64,000 bases of DNA from Octopus sinensis (lineage: Eukaryota): contig NC_043008.1 in the NCBI RefSeq assembly GCF_006345805.1, positions 12,400,001 to 12,464,000 of the forward strand, given 5' to 3'. Under the pieces are notes generated by a model that worked only from the letters and a program-made list of their open reading frames with translations, made no database searches and was not told where the DNA came from. This document shows, piece after piece, positions 1 to 12,939 of the stretch (position 1 is its first letter; every line of letters starts with the position of its first letter). Position numbers and translations under genes: made by a program.

Positions 1-229
1 TATATCAGTGTGTGTGGAAATAATTATAGATTAATCAGCTTCTCCAAAATTTTGCATCTAGAGAGGATGCTATTAACAAAAAAATACAGACGAAGTTGTT
101 ATGTAATATGAAATATAGTTACAAAACCCCCACTGCAAGTATGCGAATAAATGTGAAGAATCATAAATACTCTGTTTCTCTTGGCCATTCTCTTTTCTAC
201 TACACACTCAAACACTGTCTTATTCTCTC

Positions 230-275
230 TCTCTTTTCCTCACACATACACACACGTATGCATGCACACAACACA

Positions 276-309
<34 letters not shown>

Positions 310-363
310 TATATATATATATATATATACATGTATATGTATATATATCGCTCTCTCTCTCTC

Positions 364-406
<43 letters not shown>

Positions 407-445
407 TATATATACATGTATATGTATATGTATGTAGTGTACGTA

Positions 446-508
<63 letters not shown>

Positions 509-580
509 ATATATATATATACATATACATATACATATATATATATATATATATATAGATATATATATATACATATACAT

Positions 581-658
<78 letters not shown>

Positions 659-690
659 CATACATATATATACACACACATATATTATGT
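230..690. repeat. Compound (CA)n/(TA)n/(CT)n microsatellite
   Basis: Direct reading; source of the YI/HT ORFs at 96-805. Confidence 0.95.
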
Positions 691-1269
691 AAAATCTGTG
701 AATTTCAGTATGTAATGATCTAAAATTCCTGTGTTGGATGTCATTAGAAAAATTGCAGTGTCTGAGATTGGTCATAAACCACTGAAAGAAATCTCGCTTG
801 CTCACTATAGACTTAATTAACTCGCAGGGTTATGAGTTCCAGCAGATTCTTAGATAAGAGAGCAAAATGATTGCTACGCAAATTAGGTGGATATTCCAAC
901 AGCAAGCGTATGGCAACAACATTCCCCAAACTCTGCCAGTGTGTGTGCACGACAAAGTTATCTCGGTTTTGCATCTTTTTATATCTTTCAGCTGCATCAA
1001 GACAACTTAGTCGATGTATCTCTCGGTGACAGTTATTTCAACTGAAGGCTAGGCTGCTGTTTGCTAACCAGTGAGTTTTTGTTTATTCAACGATATACAA
1101 GCAGATCTACGTTAGATATAATAAACTATTGCTTGCAGTGTTGTTACCTGCATGTATATTTGTCTAACTATCTTGATTAAATGTACCAGAGCTAAACACA
1201 CAGACACACACACACTTATATATACACTGTCAAGTGGTTTGCTATGTATATAGATATATCCAGATAATG

Positions 1270-1395
1270 CTGGAAGAGAAATATTATCGTCTGTTTGGAC
1301 TGATACTTCAATTAGTATATACTTCTTCTCATGGTGGCCCTTGACAATAATATCTGGTTTATTATTCCTCATCTCTCTCGTGTATGTGCATTGAT
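1270..1395 (-). mobile_element. Fragment of RLE-class (R4/Dong/NeSL-like) non-LTR retrotransposon, endonuclease domain
   Basis: Minus frame HIHEREMRNNKPDIIVKGHHEKKYILIEVSVQTDDNISL matches the RLE pattern D-R-x-I-x-x-N-R-P-D-I-V-x8-L-I-D/E-V-S-I-P-x-D-x-N. Confidence 0.85.
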
Positions 1396-1474
1396 ATAGT
1401 CTAATATAAGATTATTAATACCATTCTCTGAGATGATTTTATCCAACCCCCACCCTCACCCAGTATGATAGGCA

Positions 1475-1572
1475 CAGGCATGATTGTGTGGAAAGAAGCT
1501 TGCTTCTCAACCACATGGTTCTGAGTTCAGTCCCACAGCATGGCATCTTGGGCAAGTGTCTTCTACTATAGC
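1475..1572 (+). mobile_element. SINE family A, 5' part (tRNA head + CORE-like segment)
   Basis: Head tgtgtgg...ggttctgagttcagtcc followed by tcttgggcaagtgtcttctactatagc; fused to a family E copy. Confidence 0.8.
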
Positions 1573-1882
1573 TTAGTGGTAAGGGCATTCGGCTCATGAT
1601 TGTATGGTTGTGAGTTCGATTCCTGGTGACGCGTTGTGTCCTTGAGCAAGACACTTTATTTAACATTGCTCCAGTCAACTCAGCTGTCAAAGATGAGTAG
1701 TACCTGTATTTCAAAGGGCCAGCCTTGTCACATTCTGTGTCATGCTGAATCTCCTTGCAAATTACTACATTAAGGCTACACATGCCTGTGGAATGCTCAG
1801 CCACTTGCACGTTAATTTCATGAGCAACCTGTTCCGTTGATCGTATCAGCTGGGACCCTCGTCATCGTAACTGACCGAGTGC
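1571..1882 (+). mobile_element. SINE family E (tRNA head, CORE-like body, tail 1)
   Basis: A box gcttagtgg, B box gagttcgattcc, body ccttgagcaagacacttt...ccagtcaactcagctg, tail gtacctgtatttcaaagggccagcc shared with 4599 and 5086. Confidence 0.9.
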
Positions 1883-2139
1883 TATTATATAATCTTTCAG
1901 TCTCAGTTGTGTGTCTTTCATTCTCCGCTTCTCGGCACATTCTAGGACTTTTCCTTCCTTGTTTTCTCCTTGTTCAGCATTGCAATAACAAAGACCTGAA
2001 ATCTGAGAAATTCTCGATGAGATTTCAAATTAAGCCTTCTATAAACCATCAAGACTAGATTAATTGTATAAGAAGCATCCCTTTCTATGGAGAGAAATTA
2101 AAAAAGCACCGTCCGAATGTGGCAGATGCCAGCGCTTCC

Positions 2140-2410
2140 TGACTGGTGTCTGTGTCAGTGACACGTAAAAGCACCAAACAATCGTGGCCGTTTGCCAGCC
2201 TCCCCTGGCCACTGTACAGGTGGCACGTAAAAAGCCTCCACTACACTCACGGAGTGGTTGGCATTAGGAACGGCATCCAGCTGTTGAAACACTGCCAAAT
2301 TGCACTGGAGCCTGGTGCAGCCTCCGGGCCTCCCAGACCCCAGTTGAACTGTCCAACCCATGCTAGCATGGAAAACGGACGTTAAACAATGATGATGATG
2401 ATGATGATGT
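2140..2410 (+). mobile_element. Family D (GAT)n-tailed non-autonomous retroposon
   Basis: gagtggttggcattaggaacggcatccagctg...ccaacccatgctagcatggaaaacggacgttaaac + (GAT)n; more than 12 copies in the window. Confidence 0.85.
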
Positions 2411-2699
2411 GGGAAATATTTGACGTTTTGTCAGAGTTAATTAAATCATTGTATCGTCTTCATTTATGGTAATGCCACCAGTTGTAAAATTAATCTTCCT
2501 GGTGCGTAGGTCTTGGCAATGGAAGTGTCTAAGAGTCTAAGAATTAGTCAAACAACTGCAATGAGGCTTTAGCGTTTTCAGTACTCTTGAAGAATCTTTA
2601 TTTGGTGAAGGACATTCTTTCCTTTCTGCTTCCTTTCAGAACAGGTAATGGTTTGTCTATTCTTGTCATATGACAGTAATCTTATCATTTTTTGCCTCT

Positions 2700-3398
2700 T
2701 TGTCATCATCATCAAAAAACAGAATCCTCCTCATCATCATCATCATCATCGTCGTCGTCGTCATCGTCGTCATCATCATCATCATGAACATCAACATAAA
2801 AACATCATCACCACTATCATCTTTACCACCACCACCACCACCATAAAAAAAGCATCCCCATCATCAAAAACTAGACTCATCATCATCATCATCATCATCG
2901 TCGTCATCATCATCATCATCATATCGTCATCATCATCATGATCATCGTTGTCGTCGTCATCATGATCATCAACATAAAAACATCATCTTCACTATCGTCT
3001 TTACCACCACCACCACCATCACCACCACCACCACCATAAAAAAAGCATCCTCATCGTCAAAAGCTAGAATCATCATCATAGGCATTGTTGTTGTCGTCGT
3101 AATCGTCATCATCATCATCATAAAAACATCACCACTCCCATCTTTACCACCACCATCACCACCACCACCACCACCGCCACCATAAAAATGCACCATCATC
3201 ATCATCATCGGCATCATCATCATCATCATCATTGCAACTGTCACTGCATTGCTATCTATTTCCCCCCATTACCTGCTATCATTATTAATTGCAGCATCTG
3301 TAACCATTACTGCTATCTGCCATCTTAGTCACCATTGCTGCTATTCCCATCACCTTCTTCAACACCACCACCAACCACCACCACCACCGTCGTCATCG

Positions 3399-3446
<48 letters not shown>

Positions 3447-3630
3447 CCACCACCACCACCACCACCACCACCACCACCATCATCATCATTATCGTCCTCA
3501 TCCTCGTCTTCATTGTCATCGTCATCATCATCACTATCATCACCATCATCATCATCGTCTTCATCATCATCATCTTCATATCCATCATCATCATCATCAT
3601 CATCACCATCGCCTTCGCCATCATCATCAT
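2700..3630. repeat. (CAT)n/(CAC)n microsatellite field with higher-order repeats
   Basis: Direct reading; recurring unique anchors cataaaaacatca...ctttaccacc...cataaaaa. Confidence 0.95.
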
Positions 3631-4044
3631 CTGCAGCTGCAGCAGTTAGCGTCACCAAAGCAGAATATAAATAATGCTGTTATTACTATATATTCTGCTT
3701 TGCTAGTAACTTAACCAATACTGAGAGCTAGTAGAAGTAGCTGTAATATATTGGGGGCCTTGGAGACGATACATTATCATGTTTACTAAATATATCATCA
3801 CCATCATCATCATCAAAACTTTAATGCCCACTTTTCCTTGCTTGCATGGGTCAGTCAGTATTTCTTGAGGCAGATTTTCTACAGCAGGATACTGTTCCTG
3901 TCACTAACCCTCACCTGTTTACAAACAAGGTAATACTCCCCCATGGCCAGGCAGGACCTGCTTTTGCAGGATATTGGAAATGAACGACACCGCTTGTATG
4001 ACAGGGACATTCGTTTACTACAATGATGTGATTTCAAGACAAGG

Positions 4045-4096
4045 TCACACACACACAGACACAGACACACACACACACACAGACACACACACACAC

Positions 4097-4139
<43 letters not shown>

Positions 4140-4373
4140 ACACACACACGCACACACACACACAGACACACACACACAGACACACACACACACAGAGACA
4201 CAGACACACACACACAGACACACACACGCACACACACACAGACACAACACACACACACAGAGACACACACACACAGACACACACACACACACGACACACA
4301 CACACGCACAGAGACACACACACACACACAGACACACACACGCACACACACAGACACACACACACACACACAG

Positions 4374-4447
<74 letters not shown>

Positions 4448-4480
4448 ACACACACACACATACATGCATGCACACATACA
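4045..4480. repeat. (CA)n/(CAGA) microsatellite
   Basis: Direct reading. Confidence 0.95.
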
Positions 4481-4598
4481 CAAGTGCATGCAGATGCCCC
4501 ACCTGCCACATTATATTCACAAGCCTTGAATCTTGCTGCACACTGATATCTTGTCCAGTGGAGGATATTATAATCTCACTCAGTTACAGCTTTTGAGT

Positions 4599-4920
4599 GA
4601 AGGCACGTGGCTTAGTGGTTAGAGCATTTGGCTGATGATTGTAAGGCCATGCGTTCAATTCCTGGCCATGCACTGTGTCGTTGAGCAAAACACTTTATTT
4701 CATGTTGCTCCAGTCCACTAAGCTGGCAAAAATGATTTGTATCGGTACTTCAAAGGGCCAGCCTTGCAACACTTTTCTCACACTAAATCTCCCCGAGAAC
4801 TGCATTAAGGGTACACGTGTCTGTGGAGTACTCAGCCACTTGCACGTTAATTTCAGAAGCAGGCTGTTCCACTGATCGGATTAACTGGAACCCTCATCGT
4901 TGTAAACAACAGAGTGCCAC
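4599..4920 (+). mobile_element. SINE family E, full length
   Basis: gaaggcacgtggcttagtggttagagc...gttcaattcc head; body and tail collinear with 1571-1882. Confidence 0.9.
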
Positions 4921-4924
4921 AAAA

Positions 4925-5085
4925 GATTTCTTTATTGCCCACAAGGGGCTAAACATAGAGGAAACAACACAAGGAGAAACAAAGTGATTAAATCAATTAC
5001 ATCGACCCTAGTGTGTAACTGATACTTTTTTGATTGACCCTGAAAGGACAAAAGGCAAAGCCAATCTTGGCCGAATTTGAACCCA
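4925..5085 (-). mobile_element. SINE family C, 3' part
   Basis: cccacaaggggctaaacatagag...gaccctgaaaggacaaaaggcaaag matches the other C copies. Confidence 0.8.
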
Positions 5086-5370
5086 TTGTAAGGTCATAAG
5101 TTTAATTTCTGGCCATGCTCTGTGTCATTGAGCAAGACACTTTATTTCATGTTGCCCCAGTACACTCAGCTGGCAAAAATGAATTGTATCGGTACTTCAA
5201 AGGGCCAGCCTTGTCACACTCTGTGTCACACTAAATCTCCCTGAGAACTACATTAAGGGTACGTGTATGCTGCAGAGTGCTTAGTCACTTGCTCGTTAAT
5301 TTCGCAAGCAGGTTATTTGGTTGATTGGATCAACAGGAACCCTCATCATCATAACAAACAAAATGCCAGT
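5086..5370 (+). mobile_element. SINE family E, 5'-truncated
   Basis: Body and tail 1 collinear with 4599-4920. Confidence 0.85.
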
Positions 5371-5526
5371 TATATTACTTTGAAACTGGGTAACAGGCCT
5401 AATGTGACCTTGGGCTTCAAAATATAGAATGATTTAAAAACGAAACGAAACAAGGTAGAAACAACAAAACAAAAAAAAAACACCAGAAAATATTTGCATT
5501 TATGTATGCATACAAACCCATTTATC

Positions 5527-5576
<50 letters not shown>

Positions 5577-5924
5577 CATCATTATTATTATTATTATGTA
5601 CAAAGATACAAATACATTTACTTAAATATAATGTGATTTTCGTGTAATTCAGTTAGAAAACATTGACCTTTTCACTCAAAAATTTTTTAATGTAAACATG
5701 TTATTTTAATGCACTCCATATATTTTGTCTTTTATTTTCTGAGTCATACACGATTTTTCTGTTAGCCTGGATGATGAGATGATGTTTAAAAATGTTGGCA
5801 TTTGCATATTATTGGTCCTTTTGTTTCTAATGGGTGAATACCAGCTTCTCATGAAGTTCAATAGTTTGCCGATGATGTAAGAATAGGTACAAATTGACAC
5901 TCAGATATATTCATTTTTTTTTTT

Positions 5925-6320
5925 ATTGCCCATAGGGGGCTAAACATAGAGGGGACAAAGGACAAACAAGGACAGACAAAGATATTAGGTCGATTATATT
6001 GACTCCAGTGTGTAACTAGTACTTATTTAATCGACCCCGAAATGATGAAAAACTAAGTCGACCGCGGTGGAATTTGAATTCAGAATGTAACGGCAGATGA
6101 CATACCTATTTCTTTACTACCCACAAGGAGCTAAACACAGAGGGGACAAACAAGGACAGACAAACGGATTAAGTCAATAATATCGACCCCAGTGCGTAAC
6201 TAGTACTTATTTAGTTGACCCCGAAAGGATGAAAGGCAAAGTTGACCCCAGGCGGAATTTGAACTCAGAACATAACGGCAGATGAAATACCGCAAAGCAT
6301 TTCACCTGGTGCCTTAGTCA
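5925..6320 (-). mobile_element. SINE family C head-to-tail dimer
   Basis: Two ~185-bp units; junction gatgacatacctatttctttactac at about 6097-6120; only the rightmost unit continues into the 5' head. Confidence 0.9.
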
Positions 6321-6393
6321 CTCAGGAAAAAAAGACAGAAAAAAAGGAGACGACAGAAATAAAAAGGAAAGAAATAGAGAGAAGGAAGAATAT

Positions 6394-6810
6394 TTAATCA
6401 AACAGTTTTGTATAAATTTGATGATATTCTCCTGTCATCTTTTTCATCCCTCCAGGGCGTGATGTTAATAACCTGCAAACATATTTCTCCTCATACATTC
6501 TGAGAAGTGAAAGAGAAGCAGGTTCAGAATATTTTCTGAGAATATGCACTTTCAAGTCTTCTTCAAAATTGCAACTGCTTGAAACGAAATGTTCAGCAAG
6601 TTCTGTCGAACTACTGTTATTGTGCCTGACGTCGAATCTGTGCCCATTAAACCTTTTGCTTAATTGTTCTGTTGTGCAACCAACATAAATTAAGTTTTGT
6701 GCGTATTATTTTTCTGTCTTTTTCTTTTCGCCTGTTATAAAATTGTAACTCAAAAACTGTTGATGTCATTCCATCTACGTGTGGACACTGGTTGCTCTTG
6801 CTCATACTTT
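6394..6810 (-). mobile_element. Penelope-like element remnant, GIY-YIG endonuclease domain
   Basis: Stop-free frame 6705-6394: YAQNLIYVGCTTEQLSKRFNGHRFDVRHNNSSSTELAEHFVSSSCNFEEDLKVHILRKYSEPASLSLLRMYEEKYVCRLLTSRPGGMKKMTGEYHQIYTKLFD*. It has the YVG, R-F-x-x-H-R, A-E-H-F, L-x-V-x-I-L, E-x-x-Y/W and P-x-G-L/M motifs of PLE GIY-YIG domains. Frameshifted QCPHV and ITGEK remnants lie upstream. Confidence 0.8.
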
Positions 6811-6944
6811 ACGTTTAAATTTCTATAATTTTGAATTTTTATCACTTCTTATTTTGAACTTGACAAAGACAGACGTACTGTTGATATATCGTTCAACTAA
6901 CAAAATATCTTAAAATCAAATCACACTCTTCGTCTTGACTATTC

Positions 6945-7205
6945 TTCATCATCATCATCATCATCATCATCATCGTTTAACGTCCGTTTTCCATGCTAGC
7001 ATGGGTTGGATGGCTTGACCGGGGATCTGGGAAACCAGGAGGCTGCACCAGGCTCCAGTCTGATCTGGCAGAGTTTCTACAGCTGGATACCCTTCCTAAT
7101 GCCAGCCACTCTGTGAGTGTAGTGGGTGCTTTTTATGTGCCACTGGCACAGGTGCCAGGGGAGGCTGGCAATGGTCACGGTCGGTTGGTGCTTTTTACAT
7201 GCCAC
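6945..7205 (-). mobile_element. Family D copy
   Basis: (CAT)n + cgtttaacgtccgttttccatgctagcatgggttgg... Confidence 0.9.
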
Positions 7206-7222
7206 CATTATTATTATTATTA

Positions 7223-7283
<61 letters not shown>

Positions 7284-7290
7284 CATTATA

Positions 7291-7530
7291 AAGGTGGCAA
7301 GCTGGTAGAATCGTTAGCACAGTAGGCAAAATGCTTAGCAGCATTTTGTCTGTCCTTATGTTCTGAGTTCAAATTCTGCCTAGGTTGACTTTGGCTTTCG
7401 TCCTTTCATGATTGATGAAATAAGTACCACTTGAGCATGGCAGGGAGGGTGGAGCAGGGGGAACCAATGTTATCAACTTATCCACACAACCCTACCCTTC
7501 TGAAATTGCTGACATTGTGCTAAAAATTGA
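7291..7530 (+). mobile_element. SINE family C
   Basis: Head ggcaagctggtagaatcgttagcac...ttctgagttcaaattc and central domain ggttgactttggctttcgtcctttc...aagtacca. From memory this domain resembles the Meta/Sauria-type SINE central domain. Confidence 0.85.
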
Positions 7531-8319
7531 ATATGATTTATGAAATAATTCAAGTGGTGCTTGTATAGATTGAGGGAAAATCGATTATCTGAATTTTTCT
7601 TTTTTTTTTTTTTTTTTTGATTATTGGAAATAACATATTAAAAAGAAAAAAAAAGCATGCCGAATTCTGGGTATGGAAGCTGCCTCAGCAATCTCCTTAC
7701 CAAAAATTTCATTAGATCAATCTTAATATTTCTAACCTAAATTTCTTCAATTTTCTTAATGGATTTATCAGTTTGAAGACCAATCATTTTATAAGCTTAT
7801 TTAAATCCTTTCTGGAATCTTTGAATATGCAGGAAAAGGAGTGAAGAATTCACTGAATTTATTTCATTTACCAGAAGAAGAAAAAAACAAAACAAAAAAA
7901 AAACAAAAAACAAAAAGAAAACTGAATCAATGAATATATTGCAGGAATAATGGAAGACCTTATTTCATTGGAACCCATAAAAGCAATCAATTTTATGTAT
8001 ATATTGCTTTTATATTAAAGGAAAACCCTACTTGTTGGTTAGCTCCCGATTATCTCCACTGATAAGAGATTTATAATCAATTCCATGACCATCATGGCTT
8101 ACTTATAGATGATAGATTCAGGATTACGTTGCATGATTTATTTTTCCTGTCTTTAAAAGTGGTAATGAAACCGAGATTATTATTTTGCGGAGAACTGTTA
8201 GAGAAGAGCCAGGTTTATGTCATTTATTGAGTTTTTGGCAAACATTTGGTACAAAATTTTACTATCAGTATTTCTAAAAAGTCTGGCCAATCTAATGGCT
8301 GTAAAAATCAATGGAAGAA

Positions 8320-8495
8320 TACTCAGTCGTTATGTTCTGGGTTCAAATTCCGCCAAGGTCAACTTTGCCTTTCGTCCTTTCAGGGTCCAACGAAATGTAT
8401 CAGTTACACACTAGGGTCGATGTAATTGACTTAATCCCTTTGTTTCTCCTTGTGTTGTCCCCTCTATGTTTAGCCCCTTGTGGGCAATAAAGAAA
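8320..8495 (+). mobile_element. SINE family C, 5'-truncated
   Basis: gttctgggttcaaattccgccaaggtcaactttgcc...tttagccccttgtgggcaataaagaaat. Confidence 0.85.
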
Positions 8496-8499
8496 TCTG

Positions 8500-8878
8500 T
8501 TGTGGCACTCTGTCGGTTACAACAACAAGGGTTCTACTTGATCCGATCAATGGAACAGCCTGCTCCTGAAATTAATGTGCAAGTGGCTGTGTACTCCACA
8601 GACATGTGTACCCTTAATGCAGTTCTCGGGGAGATTCAGCGTGACACACAGTGTGCCAAGGCGAGCCCTTTGAAATACAGGTACAACAGAAAGAGGAAGA
8701 AAGATTGAGAGAAAGTTGTGGTGAAAGAGTACAGCAGGGTTCACCAGCATCTCCTGCCAGAGCCTTGTGGAGCTTTAGGTGTTTTTGCTCAATACTCATA
8801 ATGCCTGGTCTGTGAATTGAAACCGCGATCCTATAACCACAAGTCTGCTGCCCTAACCACTGGGCCATTGCAACTACA
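8500..8878 (-). mobile_element. SINE family F (tRNA head, body 2, tail 1)
   Basis: Reverse complement has A box atggcccagtgg, body gagcaaaaacacctaaagctcc...actctttcaccacaac, and tail 1 shared with family E. Confidence 0.85.
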
Positions 8879-8940
8879 CCAATAAAGAAATATATATATA
8901 TCATCACGATTACCATTTAATGTCCATATATAGATATCTA

Positions 8941-9035
<95 letters not shown>

Positions 9036-9245
9036 TGAAAGAAAGTGAGAGAAAAAGAGAGAGAAGGAGAGAGAGAGAGGATTCTCCCATCATCTTCAAA
9101 GTATTGAGGCCCACTGAATGTATATGTGTTTGTGTGTGTGCATGCTATATATGTGTATATGTATATGTATATATATGTTTATATATGTGTGCATGTGTGT
9201 ATGCATGTGAGTACGTATGTGTATGTGTGTGTAAATGTATACTTG

Positions 9246-9279
<34 letters not shown>

Positions 9280-9844
9280 TGTGTGTGTGTATGTATGTAT
9301 GTTTGTAAAGACAATAGATTTTAAAATAAACGGTAATGCTAGAATTGGCTCTTTGAAACATAATACATCAAAGTCTTTATTTTTTCCCCTTTTCTTCGCT
9401 ATGGGACAATGAAAGGATAGTTACTGAAAAAAGAATGCAACTGTGCCGAACTGACAACCTTATCAACGTAATTAGTCATGCTGTGTTTAAACCGAAGGCA
9501 ACAGCTGCTAAATGTGTTTCTGGAGATATTTTTTACTGAAGCGTAGATCTCTTATAAGCTGTTTCACCATGTGAACAGGTCAGGGTATTTCTGTGCTCAA
9601 GCAGGTACTCTGTTCATAGGTACTTCATATGTGTACACATGGCGCATTTTTTGTTTGTACATGTGACTATGTAGGATGTGTTTGTATCTTTTCCTTGTTC
9701 TAATCATTGGATTGCAGCCATCCTGGGGCACCATCTTCTAGGTTTTTAGTTCAGTGTTTCCCAACCTATTTTTTCCCCCAGGCCCTACTATAACTTTCCA
9801 GAAAAATGTATGACCCACTGGTCTATAATCATATATACTTTCCT

Positions 9845-10250
9845 AGGTGCAGGCATGGCTGTGTGGTAGGAGCTTGCTTACCAACCACATGTTTCCAGGT
9901 TCAGTCCCATTGCGTGGCACCTTGGGCAAGTGTCTTCTACTATAGCCTCAGGCTGACCAAAGCCTTGTGAGTAGATTTGGTAGATGGAAACTGAAACAAG
10001 CCTGTTGTATATGTATATATGTGTGGGTGTGTGTTTGTGTGTCTGTATTTCCCCCCCCCCTGTTCACTTGACAACATATGGTGATGTGTTTACATCCCTG
10101 TAACTTAGCAGTTCAGCAGAAGAGACCGATAGGATAAGTACTAGACTTACAAAGAATAAGTCCTGGGGTCGATTTGCTCAACTAAAGGCAGTGCTACAGC
10201 ATGGCCACAGTCAAATGACTGAAACAAATAAAAGGATAAAAGAATAAATA
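9845..10250 (+). mobile_element. SINE family A, full length
   Basis: ggtgcaggcatggctgtgtgg head, CORE-like ccttgggcaagtgtc, internal TA/TG tract, 3' gcatggccacagtcaaatgactgaaac + (TAAAA) tail. Confidence 0.9.
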
Positions 10251-10559
10251 TCCACCCTATTAGAATAGAGCTATACTGAAGCAAACGGTCTTCACACAGT
10301 CTGCTTAGCTGGAGGGATTGGTTTGGTCAGGCTGAATAGAGGTCTTGTACGTTTGCTGTGAAAAATAAGATTTTCGCACTTCCATGTCCCATTAAAAGAC
10401 AAAAAAAATATAAGCCCCACTGATGGTTGGTAAAAAAAAGCAACTTCATCTTAAATATTTTTCACAATTATTTAACACAAAAGTCTCTGCTATTAATTCT
10501 TTTATTAAGCATTGATTACAAAAAAAATGTACATTATTGACTAAGAAGAGAAAGTGAAT

Positions 10560-11285
10560 CACTTTAATGAGAACTTTGATGACAACCAAGGACATCACAT
10601 GGGGAAAATGGCAGCAGTTTAGGCACCAGTTTGCTCTGGACTTGCATAGCTTGCATTTCCTTTGTGCACCTGCAATCTTGTTCTGTTCATAGGAGGTGGG
10701 ACCTCTGTTGGTGCAGCTTCACCAGGCAGGGCAGTCATGAGCTTGCATTATCCATGTGTCAGGATCAATCTAAAAAGTTCTTCAGTGAGGCCTTCTGTGT
10801 AATCTTAAAATGCATTTTCTATCCATCTTGTGTGCATTTGCCTTCTGCCAGTCTCTCTATATATAAAGCTGAAGTTGTCTGTGTATAGCAGGTTCGGTAG
10901 CCTTCAACTAACACTATCTCCTCCAAGACCCTGTGGTGCAAGTTGACCAAAATTGAGAGCATGATAGAAGAAGGCTTGCTCTTCTATCCATAGAAGAAAA
11001 AATTCAAATCGGGCCATGTTAACACCAAAAATTATTTACATCAAAAAGGTGCTTTTTTTCTATGAAAATCCCTAGATTTTTACGATTTTTTGACCGCTGT
11101 GTTGCTATTTTTCGGTGTATTTCAACCAGAAAAATGTTCACTTAAAGCGAATAACAAGCTACATAATGCAAAATTTTTACTTTTCAATAATTCCAATTCT
11201 TAAAGGGTCGAAAAGAAAACAAGCCCAAGCAACGCTGGGCTATCCTGCTAGTTCACTATAAAACAGTCTCTTGGGGAGCTCACAC
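10560..11285 (-). mobile_element. RTE-clade LINE 3' fragment interrupted by a Helitron
   Basis: Minus translation ELPKRLFYSE | LAEGKCTQDG*KMHFKITQKASLKNF / IDPDTWIMQAHDCPAW*SCTNRGPTSYEQNKIAGAQRKCKLCKSRAN matches the RTE C-terminus (LPKRLFYSEL.EGKR..GGQKKRFKDTLKASLK.F.IDPDTWE.LA.DR.AWR). The frame joins exactly across the Helitron. Confidence 0.85.
10852..11251 (+). mobile_element. Non-autonomous Helitron (400 bp)
   Basis: 5' TC...tctatatataaagctgaagttgtctgtgt; 3' hairpin gcccaagcaacgctgggc (11223-11240) then CTAG followed by T. Removing it restores the RTE reading frame with no duplication. Confidence 0.85.
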
Positions 11286-11945
11286 CTAGATCACGTTTAT
11301 CTCGAAATGGAACAAGAGAACGACATAAAGTGTAATGCACATTTAGATCACTCCTACATCGACATGAACTAGACAGCGAAAAGCTAATTGTCTTGACTGA
11401 GACAAAAATTAAGTTAGTTTCTTAAGATTAATAAATTAGCGTTTTATTTTAATTTTATAATAATGGTAATTATTATTTAATGTACTTGTATCAGAACTGC
11501 TTAAAATTAGACACGTATTGGCATATATATTGTGTAATTATTTCTAATAGCTAATTAGTCCATTGAGAGATATTAGACAAATATTTGGGGAATTGGCAAT
11601 GTCTAAGTATTGGAGGATTTTTTCTTATTTTTATTTCTGATTTTCTGAGATTTGATTTTGTTTTATTTTGTTGGAGAATTTTTGTATAGATTCAAATCCC
11701 TTAAGACTCTCTCTCTCTCTCTCTCTGGTTGATAGCTTGCAGCTAACAGGAACAACACAGAAATATGCAACAAGAACGAGAACAAGAACAAGAACAACAA
11801 CAACAACAACGGTGTAAAAAATATCCACAAAACAACAACAACAACACTAAAAAAAAATAAAGGAAAAAAATCCTTCGAAAATAACAACTAAAATAAAATA
11901 GAAACCAGATAGGATAATAAGTAGAACAGATATGAAACGGTAGTG

Positions 11946-11976
<31 letters not shown>

Positions 11977-12199
11977 TGTGAAGTTTATAATTATTATACG
12001 TTTTGCAACGAGCTAATTTGATCGGTACATTAGGAAGAAGCAGCTAGTGACTGCTCTAAGGCATAAGTGCTTACAAATGCAGAGGGGGGTGGGGTCGGTG
12101 GAAAAAAAAAAAAAACTAACACATTTATGAAATAATGAAAATAGATATTTCTAATATGTTTGCAGTCATTTGTCTAATTACAGTTTTGTCTCTTTCATC

Positions 12200-12845
<646 letters not shown>

Positions 12846-12939
12846 TACTGATTCTCTTTAGTCTCGAAGACTTCCCAACTATGTGAGAAATGAATTATTT
12901 TCTGACAAATGCACGAAAGTGGAACAAAAATCTACAACA

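Noticed and set aside
10575-10700. piggyBac-like Cys-rich tail (RKCKLCK...WCLNCCH)
   Set aside because: The upstream frame matches an RTE C-terminus continuously; the cysteines are best explained as decayed arginine codons.
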